Shown here in pieces: positions 39,108 through 49,005 of a DNA stretch of 64,000 nucleotides (its first letter is position 1; each line of letters begins with the position of its first letter). The stretch covers positions 1-64,000 of the IMG/VR virus record IMGVR_UViG_2974646641_000001; one strand, written 5' to 3'. The stretch comes from a virus (lineage: Duplodnaviria > Caudoviricetes). The notes below the pieces were generated by a model, which saw nothing but the letters and a program-made list of their open reading frames with translations, searched no databases and was not told the origin of the DNA. The position numbers were made by a program, and so were the translations under genes.

Positions 39108-39929
39108 TTACAAAGTACGTTTTATCAATTTTGCGGCCTTGCTTGCCACACTGTCACCGAATTTTTCTCTGGTAAGACTTACTGCGTTTGAGTCTGCTTT
39201 AGTAAACCAATAACCACCGAAATTGGCGCATTCACCTCTAATAACCATGCTAATTCCTCCTCGGCCAACCCTTAACTGACGAGCGGCCTCACGTTGAGAT
39301 TTAAAGCATAGTGGCTCTTTGTTTTCTAGGTTGATTGCAATTACAAAACATTTTAAAATGCTAGACTTAATTTCTTGTAACTTCTCTTTAGTAATCTCAT
39401 TTTTGGATTCCGTAAAATAGTAACCACCTGCCTGTTGATATTCACCTTTTAAAACTTTATTAATGTTTCCCTGTCCGACTAACGTCTGTCGTTCGGCTTC
39501 ACGCTGTGAGTGAAAATATTGCTTTTTAAATGTCTTCAAATCGTATGCTGTTAAAGGGCGCCCCTTTGCCTCACCGTGCCTCTCCGTATACTGGCGATTA
39601 TAAGAAGCAGTGCACCATTCAAGGTTATCAACACGATTATCGGTTCTAATGCAATTTTTATGGTTAACTTGCGGTAGGCTATCAGAATTCGGAATGAAAG
39701 TTTCTGCCACCAATCGGTGAACTTTTTTCGATTGCCATTTACCATTGTAAAAAACGTTCGCCGTTAAATAACTATGACTATTGTCATATTGTGGTCTAAT
39801 CCCACCTTTAATATATCGTTCACCATTCTCATCGCAAATCACCATATCCAGCATATTAATTCTTCCACGAGAACTCGCTTCTACGCCGAGTACACTGGGA
39901 ACTGGTTTCCAAATTTCCGTTTCATTCAT
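39108..39929 (-). CDS. NUMOD4-HNH homing endonuclease with duplicated C-terminal DNA-binding module
   Basis: EIWKP, VHRLVAE...QVNHKN...NLEWCT; two FxSQREA repeats. Confidence 0.88.
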   Translation of the reverse strand: MNETEIWKPVPSVLGVEASSRGRINMLDMVICDENGERYIKGGIRPQYDNSHSYLTANVFYNGKWQSKKVHRLVAETFIPNSDSLPQVNHKNCIRTDNRVDNLEWCTASYNRQYTERHGEAKGRPLTAYDLKTFKKQYFHSQREAERQTLVGQGNINKVLKGEYQQAGGYYFTESKNEITKEKLQEIKSSILKCFVIAINLENKEPLCFKSQREAARQLRVGRGGISMVIRGECANFGGYWFTKADSNAVSLTREKFGDSVASKAAKLIKRTL

Positions 39930-40005
39930 TTTTAACCCTCATATTCTTTATTTTATATACTGATTATAGCACAACATTGTTACAAAACCTATACAATGAT
40001 ATTAC

Positions 40006-40539
40006 TTATTGTTTACAAAACATGTTTCTTGTAATCTTCACTAATTCTTGCTTGTTATTTAATTCAATAGCTAGTGCCATCTCAACCTTTTCAATCTCGT
40101 CTTCTTGTGCCAAATAATAATCTGTGCGTTTTGTAATGTTATGAATCTGTTGAAGATTATTTAACGCCTTGGTGATTTCGTTAATTTTCTTATTTTGTTT
40201 GCGAAGTAATCTATCGAATGTTTCAGTCAAACCGCCAATAATCTCATTAATCACATCTTTATTCACTATTTCGCTATTGGAACGTTTCGCAAGCCAAACA
40301 CAATCATGTAAACTATATACGGTGATGAGATTTCTATTATGAACGTCAACTACGACACGAATTTCATCAACGTCTAAGAACCAAATACCGTCTTGATTCG
40401 TCTTGCTGAAAGTGCCGTGAGAAACAATATTAAGCAACCAAGGTTGCATAAGCGATTTGGAAATTCCAAATCTCTGACGTGCTCTTTTCTTAAAATGCTC
40501 ACTTCTTGAATAAGCCAAGATTTCGTTCCGATTAATCAT
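40006..40539 (-). CDS. hypothetical protein
   Basis: SEHFKKRARQRFGI N-terminus, coiled-coil C-terminus. Confidence 0.6.
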   Translation of the reverse strand: MINRNEILAYSRSEHFKKRARQRFGISKSLMQPWLLNIVSHGTFSKTNQDGIWFLDVDEIRVVVDVHNRNLITVYSLHDCVWLAKRSNSEIVNKDVINEIIGGLTETFDRLLRKQNKKINEITKALNNLQQIHNITKRTDYYLAQEDEIEKVEMALAIELNNKQELVKITRNMFCKQ

Positions 40540-40861
40540 TATAATTCTCCTTTTTTGTCAGTGCTACTTGAAGTTTAATGAAAATATCACGTGCTTGTTC
40601 GCTATCATATCTTCCAATGAACGACACATTGTCTGTATCTTTCATTTTCTGCATAATTCTAATCATCTTTTGATTATTTGAGATGATGAAGATTTTCTCA
40701 TCACTCTTATCTGCAAAGCTCATAATATAATTAAGGACATCTTTTTCAGTGTTACTCTTATCGAATCTCCTAAAATAGAAGTTCACCCAGTAATCACTTG
40801 CACAGGCATATGCAACTCTAACACCATCACTCGCTTTATAATAAGTAAGATAGACTTTCAT
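40532..40861 (-). CDS. hypothetical protein
   Basis: Overlaps the mazF-like stop; GGTGG SD. Confidence 0.6.
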   Translation of the reverse strand: MKVYLTYYKASDGVRVAYACASDYWVNFYFRRFDKSNTEKDVLNYIMSFADKSDEKIFIISNNQKMIRIMQKMKDTDNVSFIGRYDSEQARDIFIKLQVALTKKENYND

Positions 40862-41220
40862 AGCGATAATGCCACCACCAAACACTTATTGACTTCTTTC
40901 ATAATATCATCGTCCAAACTACCAATCTTGAAATAAAGTTGGTCTACGTTAATTGTACGAACCTGCTCACATAGTGCAGTGTTTGAAACAACTTCACCGT
41001 GATTTGGCAATCCAAATTCGATATGAGTTGGTAAATGGTGTTTGTTACGAGTAGTTAGTGGTACAATCGTAATTGCTGGTGAGTATTTGTTTGCCAAGTT
41101 ATTTGATACAACCAACACTGGTCTTTTTCCACGTTGCACTGCGTCACGTGAACTTTGCCGTTCACCCAAATCTGCATAGTATACATTTCCTCGTTCAATT
41201 CTCTCATTATTTACTAACAT
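40858..41220 (-). CDS. mazF: MazF/PemK-family endoribonuclease (EndoA-like), no cognate antitoxin evident
   Basis: RGNVYYADL...KRPVLVVSN...SPAITIVPLTT...LPTHIE...CEQVRTI...KIGSL aligns by eye with B. subtilis EndoA; catalytic Arg and Thr present. Confidence 0.9.
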   Translation of the reverse strand: MLVNNERIERGNVYYADLGERQSSRDAVQRGKRPVLVVSNNLANKYSPAITIVPLTTRNKHHLPTHIEFGLPNHGEVVSNTALCEQVRTINVDQLYFKIGSLDDDIMKEVNKCLVVALSL

Positions 41221-41253
41221 CGTAATAATTCCTCCTTGATATTTTGTAATTAC

Positions 41254-41282
41254 ATTATACGTCCAGAAACAACTTTTGTCAA
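41254..41282 (-). promoter_or_regulatory. consensus promoter of the mazF-like operon
   Basis: TTGACA-17-TATAAT, then AAGGAGG SD. Confidence 0.85.
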
Positions 41283-41403
41283 GCTAAAAAATACATTTTT
41301 TTGATTTGCGTGTTTGGTCTTTTCAAATCTTTCAATCGTTTTATAGTTGTTCTTCTAAAGTTTCCTTCATATAAATATCCTTCTTTCTTTTTTCTATGTA
41401 AAA

Positions 41404-41432
41404 AGCATACCATTTCTGATATGCTTTGTCAA
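41404..41432 (-). promoter_or_regulatory. promoter driving a 9-codon minigene (41341-41370)
   Basis: TTGACA-17-TG-TATGCT; AGAAGG SD; MKETLEEQL*. Confidence 0.6.
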
Positions 41433-41464
41433 GTATTATTATTAGTGTTACTATTGATGATTAT

Positions 41465-42079
41465 CTACTTTAGCAATGTATTGGTCGTATAAATAGTATA
41501 ATCACAACGATAAATAAATAATCGCTTGCCATCAATCAAAAGTGACGTGCTACTAGGAACCTGTGTTGACTTATAACTAACTGTATCACCAGCGAAAGTA
41601 GCAATTGGCTGTCCGGCTTGTGAGCGAATAAGAACAACCTTACTAGAACCTGTAAAATAGTTCTGATACTTGTTTACAAAGCGGTTCATAAATGGAACTG
41701 AACTATTATTGTTAGTGACATTATATCGCTTTGGATATTTATCAAGTACGTTAGTCAATCCATCTTGGTAGGCGATTAAACTACTGCCTACGTGAGTGAT
41801 TTGTTTTCCGCCTAATGTAATATTAAGCACAGATGAAGCCTTAGATGTTTCGCCATTTTCATTTACTTGGTCAAACTCTTTATCTCGTGCAATCGACAAT
41901 GATTTCCCGTGTATAGTGTCAATTTTTTGTGCATTGTAGTCATATGTTTGTACCGTCATAGGTAATCCATATGTTTGTTGCTCAAAGTCTGAAAACCAGC
42001 TATCTACAAATTGACAGCCCCCTAAAACAACCGTAAGCGATAGCGTAAGCGCTACAAGCAATAGTTTCTTTTTATTCAT
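41465..42079 (-). CDS. lipoprotein (DUF5052-like)
   Basis: Lipobox VLGGC after a basic/hydrophobic signal peptide. Confidence 0.7.
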   Translation of the reverse strand: MNKKKLLLVALTLSLTVVLGGCQFVDSWFSDFEQQTYGLPMTVQTYDYNAQKIDTIHGKSLSIARDKEFDQVNENGETSKASSVLNITLGGKQITHVGSSLIAYQDGLTNVLDKYPKRYNVTNNNSSVPFMNRFVNKYQNYFTGSSKVVLIRSQAGQPIATFAGDTVSYKSTQVPSSTSLLIDGKRLFIYRCDYTIYTTNTLLK

Positions 42080-42090
42080 TGTATACCACC

Positions 42091-42435
42091 TTATTTTTCA
42101 TCGTTGTCTTGCCCAAACTCTTCGCTAAATTGCATTAAGGCATAGATACTTGGAATAGTCCCGTATTTTATGAAATTCTGATATTCGTCAGTCACCGAAT
42201 CTACTGATGAACTTCCCTCTGTTAATCGTGCAATCGTCATCAGCGTTGTACCATCTTTGAACGTCAAATCATCATCTGTTAAAGATTCCACGTCCTTAAC
42301 AAATAAGTCTGCGTCTTGTTTGGAAATGATTACAGAAATTAGTTTGTTATATCCCGGCTTGTTTAACACAACAACGAAGTCGCCATCACCGGCAATATCA
42401 TCAAAATTATCTAACAAATAATCTTTCACGCTCAT
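42091..42435 (-). CDS. hypothetical protein
   Basis: ORF in operon. Confidence 0.6.
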   Translation of the reverse strand: MSVKDYLLDNFDDIAGDGDFVVVLNKPGYNKLISVIISKQDADLFVKDVESLTDDDLTFKDGTTLMTIARLTEGSSSVDSVTDEYQNFIKYGTIPSIYALMQFSEEFGQDNDEK

Positions 42436-42755
42436 TGTTCTTCCACCGCCTTATTACGTTTAGTACCATATAGGACTGCTAACTTTTTAATTGCGTCTGG
42501 TTGGAAACCTCCCCACATACCAGTCTGTGACCACCGAGCACTCTTGCCAGTTTCCAAATAACGAAATGAAACAATAGGAGCCTGCCAGAATCCCTCGTCC
42601 TTTAAGTTGTTAATTTCATCTTCTGACAAGGCTGAAATGTCGGTTTCAAAGTAAGCAATATCGTAGTGGTCGAGAAGTTTCTTTGTCATTCGACATTGAC
42701 CGCAGTTTTTCTTAGTGTATAAATCTACTCGAATTTGTTTTTTATTATTTGCCAT
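42432..42755 (-). CDS. nrdH: NrdH-like glutaredoxin
   Basis: LYTKKNCGQCRMTKKLL...QAPIV...WGGFQPD. Confidence 0.85.
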   Translation of the reverse strand: MANNKKQIRVDLYTKKNCGQCRMTKKLLDHYDIAYFETDISALSEDEINNLKDEGFWQAPIVSFRYLETGKSARWSQTGMWGGFQPDAIKKLAVLYGTKRNKAVEEQ

Positions 42756-42900
42756 TTTTATCACCTTTCATTAATTCATATAACTCATAACGCAAGTCGT
42801 CATTTTCTAATTTAAGCTCATCTAATTGTTCCTCTAGTTCAGCAACTCTGTCTTGATAATACCATAGCTGTTGAGCTAATTCAAACCTACTGTCTTCCAT
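42745..42900 (-). CDS. small coiled-coil protein (51 aa, not in ORF track)
   Basis: GAGGTG SD; MEDSRFELAQQLWYYQDRVAELEEQLDELKLENDDLRYELYELMKGDKNGK. Confidence 0.6.
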   Translation of the reverse strand: MEDSRFELAQQLWYYQDRVAELEEQLDELKLENDDLRYELYELMKGDKNGK

Positions 42901-42913
42901 GTAAGCCACCTCT

Positions 42914-43267
42914 TTAATAATCTAACCCGTAAATTGGCCCCTTGATAGAATATTCGGTTGACAGCATATCGGCAATACGTTTGAAATCACCTGCCGTAAT
43001 ACCATTGCCAATCAGCTTATGAATCTTATCAATAATTTCATACGCGGTGCGGTTATCGCTGTTAGCCAATTCATTATATTCACGATATAAGTCATCATAG
43101 TCTTGGCCAAGAAGTTCGTAAGCCACGCTCAATGCTTGATTGTCTTTTTCGATATCTTCAACTTCGCCTTGTAGTTCCTCGTTTTGTTCTTCGAGAATCT
43201 TATTATCTATCACGGCGTCTTCCAATTTTTTCTGTAATTCTACAATTCGTTCTTTATCAGTCATCAT
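42914..43267 (-). CDS. coiled-coil protein, paralogue A
   Basis: Acidic heptads + IGNGI...IADMLS..YSIK.PI.GLDY. Confidence 0.65.
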   Translation of the reverse strand: MMTDKERIVELQKKLEDAVIDNKILEEQNEELQGEVEDIEKDNQALSVAYELLGQDYDDLYREYNELANSDNRTAYEIIDKIHKLIGNGITAGDFKRIADMLSTEYSIKGPIYGLDY

Positions 43268-43336
43268 AAAACACTTCCCTTTCTTTTCAAACATTATTCT
43301 TATTGCGAATACATTTTAACACGATTAACGTCTGTA

Positions 43337-43678
43337 TTATTCGCCATAATCCAAACCAAATATTGGCTCCTTAATAGAATACTTAATTGATAACATATCT
43401 GCAATCTTCTTAAATTCTGCGGAAGAAATACCATTACCAATCATAGAATGAATATCATTGATAATTTCAGGTACATTAGAGTTTTCAAGCCTTTTTCTTA
43501 ATTCACCATTTTCCTTATATAAATCATCATAGTCTTGTTCAAGGGAATCATATTCTCGTGATAATTCTTGGTTGTCAAACTCGCTATTATCAAGTTCAGT
43601 GCCAAGCGAATCATTTTCAGCTTCGAGGTCTTCAACCTGTTGTTCTAGTTCTCTAATATATTCTTCTTCATTGTCCAT
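43337..43678 (-). CDS. coiled-coil protein, paralogue B
   Basis: Same C-terminal motif as 42914-43267; own promoter TTGACT-17-TATAAT. Confidence 0.65.
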   Translation of the reverse strand: MDNEEEYIRELEQQVEDLEAENDSLGTELDNSEFDNQELSREYDSLEQDYDDLYKENGELRKRLENSNVPEIINDIHSMIGNGISSAEFKKIADMLSIKYSIKEPIFGLDYGE

Positions 43679-43770
43679 TACAATCACTTTCCTTTCCTTT
43701 TTAAATCCTTATTACATCTGTAATTATATCATGATTTGTGCTTATAGTCAAGCCCATAATTAAATTATTT

Positions 43771-44286
43771 TTATTTCTTGTTGCACTCGCAAAAGTGATA
43801 CCCACCATGTGTATTTCTTCTACCTCTCAAACAAGCACTTATTTTTGAGGCGCTAAGTCCAAGTCTTCTTGCACAATCATTAACCCCAGAATATTTCATT
43901 TTTCTATTATCTTTGATTGCATATATTTCTCTTTGTGGGAATGTCTTGTTTTTCTCTTGTTCTAGCCTGCTCGCCCACCTAAGATTGGACGCCCTGTTAT
44001 TATCTTTATTTCTATCAATATGGTCAACAGTTTCCTTATTGTCTGGGTTATCAATAAAAGCCAGAGCTACTTGTCTATGAACAGATACATTTTTTGGCAC
44101 GCCATTTTTATATAGCGTCACCATATGATACCTTCCAGTTGTGTCTTGTGAGAGTATTTTAGACTTGACGGTTCTGGTTCCGTTTCCTCTTGTTTTAACT
44201 TTTCTAGTAATTGACCTAACCCTACCAAGGCTAGATACTTCATAATTAGGATAACCCAATATTGGCTTCCAAACTTCTTTTTCCAT
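43771..44286 (-). CDS. NUMOD4-HNH homing endonuclease
   Basis: EVWKPILGYPNYEVSSLGRVRS, VHRQVA...TVDHID...NLRWAS. Confidence 0.9.
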   Translation of the reverse strand: MEKEVWKPILGYPNYEVSSLGRVRSITRKVKTRGNGTRTVKSKILSQDTTGRYHMVTLYKNGVPKNVSVHRQVALAFIDNPDNKETVDHIDRNKDNNRASNLRWASRLEQEKNKTFPQREIYAIKDNRKMKYSGVNDCARRLGLSASKISACLRGRRNTHGGYHFCECNKK

Positions 44287-44371
44287 ACAAAAAACCTCCT
44301 CATCTTTAATGTAACTATATTATACATCAGATAAGGAGGTTTTACAACCACAATTATTCAATTTTTATTTT

Positions 44372-45109
44372 TTATTTTTTCTTTGCAAACCACTTGCTAT
44401 CAAAGAATGCCACAAGGTCGTTCATAATATATAGCATGTAGGTAAAGAACAGAACCCAAACAGCTTCTCCTTGCATAGCAGTTACTAACCACAATACGAT
44501 GGAACTAAGACCTTGTGCAAACCAGAAGTAGTAAGAAGCACGGAAACGGCGAACGGTTAAGATTGCCCCCGTAAGACCGATAGTAGCGGCAAATGCGTCA
44601 ATAAACGGACGGGGACTCGTTAAGATAACCGTATCAAGACCGTATGTCACGATAAAGAAGCCAACGAAAGTTAATGCCGTCTGCAAAGCGAACTTGGAGT
44701 TCATCTTACGAGGTTCTAAATCTTTACCATTATTCCAAGTCTTATTAAATAGCACCGGCAAGTCCAACAGGAAGATATAGAAGCCTTGCATAACAATATC
44801 AGAGAAGTTCCCTGTCTTTAACGCCACGTAAATCAGCATAGCCGCAGAAACGAAGCCTAGAACACCGTTGATAGGACGTCCGTTCGTGATACTTAACGTA
44901 CAAGTAAAACCAATCAACCCGGCAATCGTTGAAGTTACTCCCAAACCAGTAATTCCATTACTAAGACCAACGTATAACAGGAACAGCCAACCAATTACCA
45001 GCAAGACATAGCTGGACTTTGTCCAGCCAGTCATCTGGTCTTTGTACCAACGCCAATTGAACACTCGACTAGCAGATTCTGGATTGTAACCTAAGCTTGT
45101 ATTTTGCAA
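44372..45109 (-). CDS. pnuC: PnuC-family nucleoside/nicotinamide riboside transporter
   Basis: Multi-TM; RPFIDAFAATIGLTGAILTVRRFRASYYFW motif. Confidence 0.85.
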   Translation of the reverse strand: MQNTSLGYNPESASRVFNWRWYKDQMTGWTKSSYVLLVIGWLFLLYVGLSNGITGLGVTSTIAGLIGFTCTLSITNGRPINGVLGFVSAAMLIYVALKTGNFSDIVMQGFYIFLLDLPVLFNKTWNNGKDLEPRKMNSKFALQTALTFVGFFIVTYGLDTVILTSPRPFIDAFAATIGLTGAILTVRRFRASYYFWFAQGLSSIVLWLVTAMQGEAVWVLFFTYMLYIMNDLVAFFDSKWFAKKK

Positions 45110-45153
45110 AATTATGATACCTCTTTCTATTTTTGTTTAAGTTCTATCAGTTT

Positions 45154-46386
45154 TTATAAGATAACTGGTAACGGAGTAACCGTTCCATCACTACTTACAT
45201 CTAACATAACTTGTGAGCGTGAGGCTCGATAGTGTAGTCGTTCTGAATAACTCGTAGGGCCAATGACGCTACCAGATTGAATAACTAGCCCAGATTCCTC
45301 ACGTATTGACATACTGTGGAAGTGTCCGCCTAAAATTGCGTCATATAACATGCTGTCGAACTGTGAAGCTGTTGCCAATGTTTCAGCTTTAGATAGGTTG
45401 TGTAAGTCGCCGTGTACGAACTTGATATTGTTTCCATTGACACTCAAATGGTCTTCGGTGGCTTTATCAGGTTCTTTTACGGTAATATCATAAGAAGTTT
45501 GTTCTGCAATCAGCTTAATAGCCTCATTCAGCACTGTTGAAAAGCCATCATCAGGTAAGTTATCCTTTTTATTACCGTTGGCACGGTCGTGATTGCCCAA
45601 GATACCCGAATAAATAACTGGAATGCCAGTGTTCTTAGCGATATTGACAACAAATTCTGAAACCAATTTAATCGCCGTGTTAATTTGTTCAGACAGCTTC
45701 ATCGTAATTTCGTATGATTGATTGTTTCTCATGTAGGCACCTTCGATAGAATCGCCTAAGTTCTCAATGTAAATCGCACCGAACTTAGAAAAACTTGCAT
45801 ATCGAATTACCTTGTCTGCATATTCAGATAATTTATCTTTAGCAATGTCTTCATCGTATTTGTAGCCATCGACATCAACCTTAGCTCCGATATGGAGGTC
45901 TGACAACGCAACAATTAATACGCTTCCGTCACTTAGCGGTTTTACAACAGGGTAATCAAGTTCGTTAGGAACGACTGTAATGCCATCTTTCAATGACCGC
46001 TTTACATCACGCTTGAATAATTCCATATCAGCGTAGTCACGGCGACTCTTGTTAAATTCACGCCGCATTAATTGTAATTCGCGCTTTTCCAGCAACATTT
46101 CATCAATTTCTTTATCAAGAGCATTGCGTTTGTGGTCTAATTCCAAGGAACGTTGCTCCTTAGATGACTTTAATACGCCGGTCTTACGTTGATATTTCTT
46201 TACCAGTTGTCGCAACCCTTCGCATTGCTTTGCGTCATAACCATCTTGTCGTAACAAACGGGCTACTTTGCCCCAGTTAGCCCGTCCGTTTTCACGTTGT
46301 AATTCAGTCTTATAACGAGAGGCTGTTTCCAGCCCAATATCATCAATTTCATGAGTTTTTCCTTTGTTGTCCGTGTAAGTTGCCAT
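45154..46386 (-). CDS. calcineurin-like metallophosphoesterase
   Basis: DLHIG, GDSIEG, GNHD, HGD, GHFH motifs. Confidence 0.85.
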   Translation of the reverse strand: MATYTDNKGKTHEIDDIGLETASRYKTELQRENGRANWGKVARLLRQDGYDAKQCEGLRQLVKKYQRKTGVLKSSKEQRSLELDHKRNALDKEIDEMLLEKRELQLMRREFNKSRRDYADMELFKRDVKRSLKDGITVVPNELDYPVVKPLSDGSVLIVALSDLHIGAKVDVDGYKYDEDIAKDKLSEYADKVIRYASFSKFGAIYIENLGDSIEGAYMRNNQSYEITMKLSEQINTAIKLVSEFVVNIAKNTGIPVIYSGILGNHDRANGNKKDNLPDDGFSTVLNEAIKLIAEQTSYDITVKEPDKATEDHLSVNGNNIKFVHGDLHNLSKAETLATASQFDSMLYDAILGGHFHSMSIREESGLVIQSGSVIGPTSYSERLHYRASRSQVMLDVSSDGTVTPLPVIL

Positions 46387-46392
46387 TGGTTT

Positions 46393-47436
46393 TTAATATC
46401 CTTTCTTTTCTGCGGCTTCGGTCAAGTCTGCCAAGATGATTGCTAGGTCTTCAACACGACCCTCGTTTAAATCATTAACCTTGTTGCCATTGCCTAAGGT
46501 CTTTTCAACAATTGTAGTTAACGTCTTAATGTCATTGTTCTTTTGGAACAAAATTGCGACTTCTTTGGTCTTTTCTAGCAAGTCATCAAAGTCATATTCA
46601 ACGTCCTTGGTGTCAGCGTGCAAAACTTTCTTATCAGTCGTCTTTTCATAGTTACCGCCAAGAACCCGTTTAACTTCTTCTTTATACGATTCGGCAGTGA
46701 ATGGAATAATCGGTTTAACACCTTTGAATGTCGTACCAGCTTCATATTGAAGCGTTCCACGTAAGTGCAATACCCGTTGTTCCTTACCGTTTACTAAGTT
46801 GTTTTCAGCATACAAGACGTTATCAACCATCTTAGTAACTGGCCCTAGTGCCTTTTCTTTTAAGTCAGGAACAATCTTTGTAAACTCTACCATTTCTGTT
46901 CCATCGCTTTCTTGTGATACGACAGCGTCAGGAATTGAATTAAATTCAGCAGAGTTGATATACGGCATTTTTACAATCTTTTCAATTGAGTGCGAAACAA
47001 AGATATTCGTGTAAGGTAATGACTCTAATTCTTTCAAGCCACGGAACCAAACCTCATTTAGACGTGTATGGTCACGTCCATATCCAACGTTACCATCACC
47101 AACACTAAATTCATCAAATTGAGAAGCCGTGAATTTATCTGCATAGCGGTATAGGTTTTCGATTGTGTCAATTGAGATAGCGTCAAACATTGATTGAACT
47201 TCTTTTCGCTTTAACTGCGATAGCACTTGTTTAAATTCACTCCAGCTAGACACGTATTGAACCATCGCACCGTCTAAAGCGCCGTAACGCTTTTCAGTCA
47301 TGATATGAAGCACTTTCGGGAACAGCTCTTGCACAAAGGTCGTCTTACCAATCTTAGACGGCCCATACAGCAATAGGCTGTAACTTGAAGGGTCGGTAGA
47401 AACTTTGTTCGGTTCAATCTTTGTTAAATCAATCAT
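46393..47436 (-). CDS. Sak4/AAA_24-like ATPase (recombinase)
   Basis: LLYGPSKIGKTT, ISIDTIE, IFVSHS. Confidence 0.8.
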   Translation of the reverse strand: MIDLTKIEPNKVSTDPSSYSLLLYGPSKIGKTTFVQELFPKVLHIMTEKRYGALDGAMVQYVSSWSEFKQVLSQLKRKEVQSMFDAISIDTIENLYRYADKFTASQFDEFSVGDGNVGYGRDHTRLNEVWFRGLKELESLPYTNIFVSHSIEKIVKMPYINSAEFNSIPDAVVSQESDGTEMVEFTKIVPDLKEKALGPVTKMVDNVLYAENNLVNGKEQRVLHLRGTLQYEAGTTFKGVKPIIPFTAESYKEEVKRVLGGNYEKTTDKKVLHADTKDVEYDFDDLLEKTKEVAILFQKNNDIKTLTTIVEKTLGNGNKVNDLNEGRVEDLAIILADLTEAAEKKGY

Positions 47437-47495
47437 TATCGTGTTTTCCTCCTATTTTAAAAACCATGCTTGTACATTAACGTTGTAATCAAATC

Positions 47496-48479
47496 TTAGA
47501 ATGGTAAGTCATCGTCAGAAATTTCTAATCCTGCACCACTGTTAGCAAACGGGTTTGATTCATTCTTTACTGCGCTACCAAATCCGCCTTGACGAGCTTG
47601 TTGAGCATTTTTAACAGGAGCAGTTTGCTTGTTGTTTGCACGTGAAATTGCTTCTGTACGTTGTTTGCGTAATTCCTCGTGAGCCTTTTGGATTTGGTCT
47701 TCCGTAAGTGACAATTCATCGTTTTCTAGCGGTGCACCACCAACGATTAACAGTTGACGAACATAAGAATTTGATTTAACAACTGCATGAATTTGTCCAA
47801 ATGAACCACCACCAGCATTGTCAACATTTTGCTTCTTAACGACAACATAGTTCAAAATATTGTAGTAAAGTACGCCGGTAGTTCCTTCTGGTAACGCACC
47901 TTGCATTTCAGACGCCAATTCACTAGCAATCTTTAAGTCCATTACACGACCAACTCGACCATTATAGCCAACAGTGAGTGCTTTAACTTTCCATAAACCA
48001 GTTGGATTTCCGTCCTTGTCAATGTCTTCGTCATAGCTTTCAATAACTGCTGGAATGCTACCGTAAGTGTCGTCTTCTAAGTCTTGACCATTTACACGGT
48101 GAACGGTAGTTGCACGGAAACGATTTGATTCTTGAACAGTTTCACCATCTGATGAATAGATATTGTATGATAGGTCGCCAAGTACGTTTACTCGGTCTGC
48201 CCGTTCTTCGTCACCGTTGACATCTTGTAACGAAACATAGTCTTTCATAACAGTTGCGAATCCTTTGAACAATTTATTTTCTTTGCCAGATTTAGTGAAC
48301 TTCCGGTTATAGGCGTTGAACGTTACCATGTTTACCTTGTCGTTTTGCTTTACTTGAACACGAATATACCCTTTGATAATTTCATTACCATCACGGTCTG
48401 TCGCAAATTCTAAGGATTTTTCAGCTAAAGTACCAGTTACTGAAAGTTGATTTCCTTTTAATTCTTTAAGTTCAGTCAT
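47496..48479 (-). CDS. single-stranded DNA-binding protein
   Basis: Tandem OB-like beta content, acidic EISDDDLPF tail, next to the Sak4-like gene. Confidence 0.75.
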   Translation of the reverse strand: MTELKELKGNQLSVTGTLAEKSLEFATDRDGNEIIKGYIRVQVKQNDKVNMVTFNAYNRKFTKSGKENKLFKGFATVMKDYVSLQDVNGDEERADRVNVLGDLSYNIYSSDGETVQESNRFRATTVHRVNGQDLEDDTYGSIPAVIESYDEDIDKDGNPTGLWKVKALTVGYNGRVGRVMDLKIASELASEMQGALPEGTTGVLYYNILNYVVVKKQNVDNAGGGSFGQIHAVVKSNSYVRQLLIVGGAPLENDELSLTEDQIQKAHEELRKQRTEAISRANNKQTAPVKNAQQARQGGFGSAVKNESNPFANSGAGLEISDDDLPF

Positions 48480-48685
48480 ATAAAATTCCTCCTAATATTT
48501 TTTCTTATTCAACTTTACTTCATAATTATAACATTGATTAAAATATAAGTCAAGCACTTTTTAAATTTATTTTCCGACTAACCAATTATCAAGCTTTTAA
48601 GCAACAGGTTCTTTAATCATCACTCCTTATATTTATCTTGTTATGATTATATATTAACACTTTCTTGTTGAAAAGTCAACCATTT

Positions 48686-49003
48686 TTACAAATTTCTTGT
48701 AAATAATTCTTTATCCAAAGGATAATCTTCACTATCACCTAAAATAATGTAGGTCGCTACAACCTCTAGGAAGTGAGAAACATTGTCGTTTTCAGACTCA
48801 ACTTGGTCTTTAGGGGTTGTTACTAAGAATTGAGAGCCGAAATATTCACCGAAAAATCCATTGCTTTGTTCTTCAAGGAACTTCTTGCAGTCATCAACAC
48901 GCTGTTCTGCGTTATGAGATTGGTCATAGTAGTTTTCAAAGAAAATCTTTTTTAAGTCAAATAAAGTGACGCCGTTTAGCGCCCCTTCAAATCGTCTAAA
49001 CAT
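48686..49003 (-). CDS. hypothetical protein
   Basis: ORF in operon. Confidence 0.55.
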   Translation of the reverse strand: MFRRFEGALNGVTLFDLKKIFFENYYDQSHNAEQRVDDCKKFLEEQSNGFFGEYFGSQFLVTTPKDQVESENDNVSHFLEVVATYIILGDSEDYPLDKELFTRNL

Positions 49004-49005
49004 TT

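Noticed and set aside
45154-46386. Metallophosphoesterase as a novel defence or anti-defence system
   Set aside because: A common large-phage gene; nothing in the context supports a specific claim
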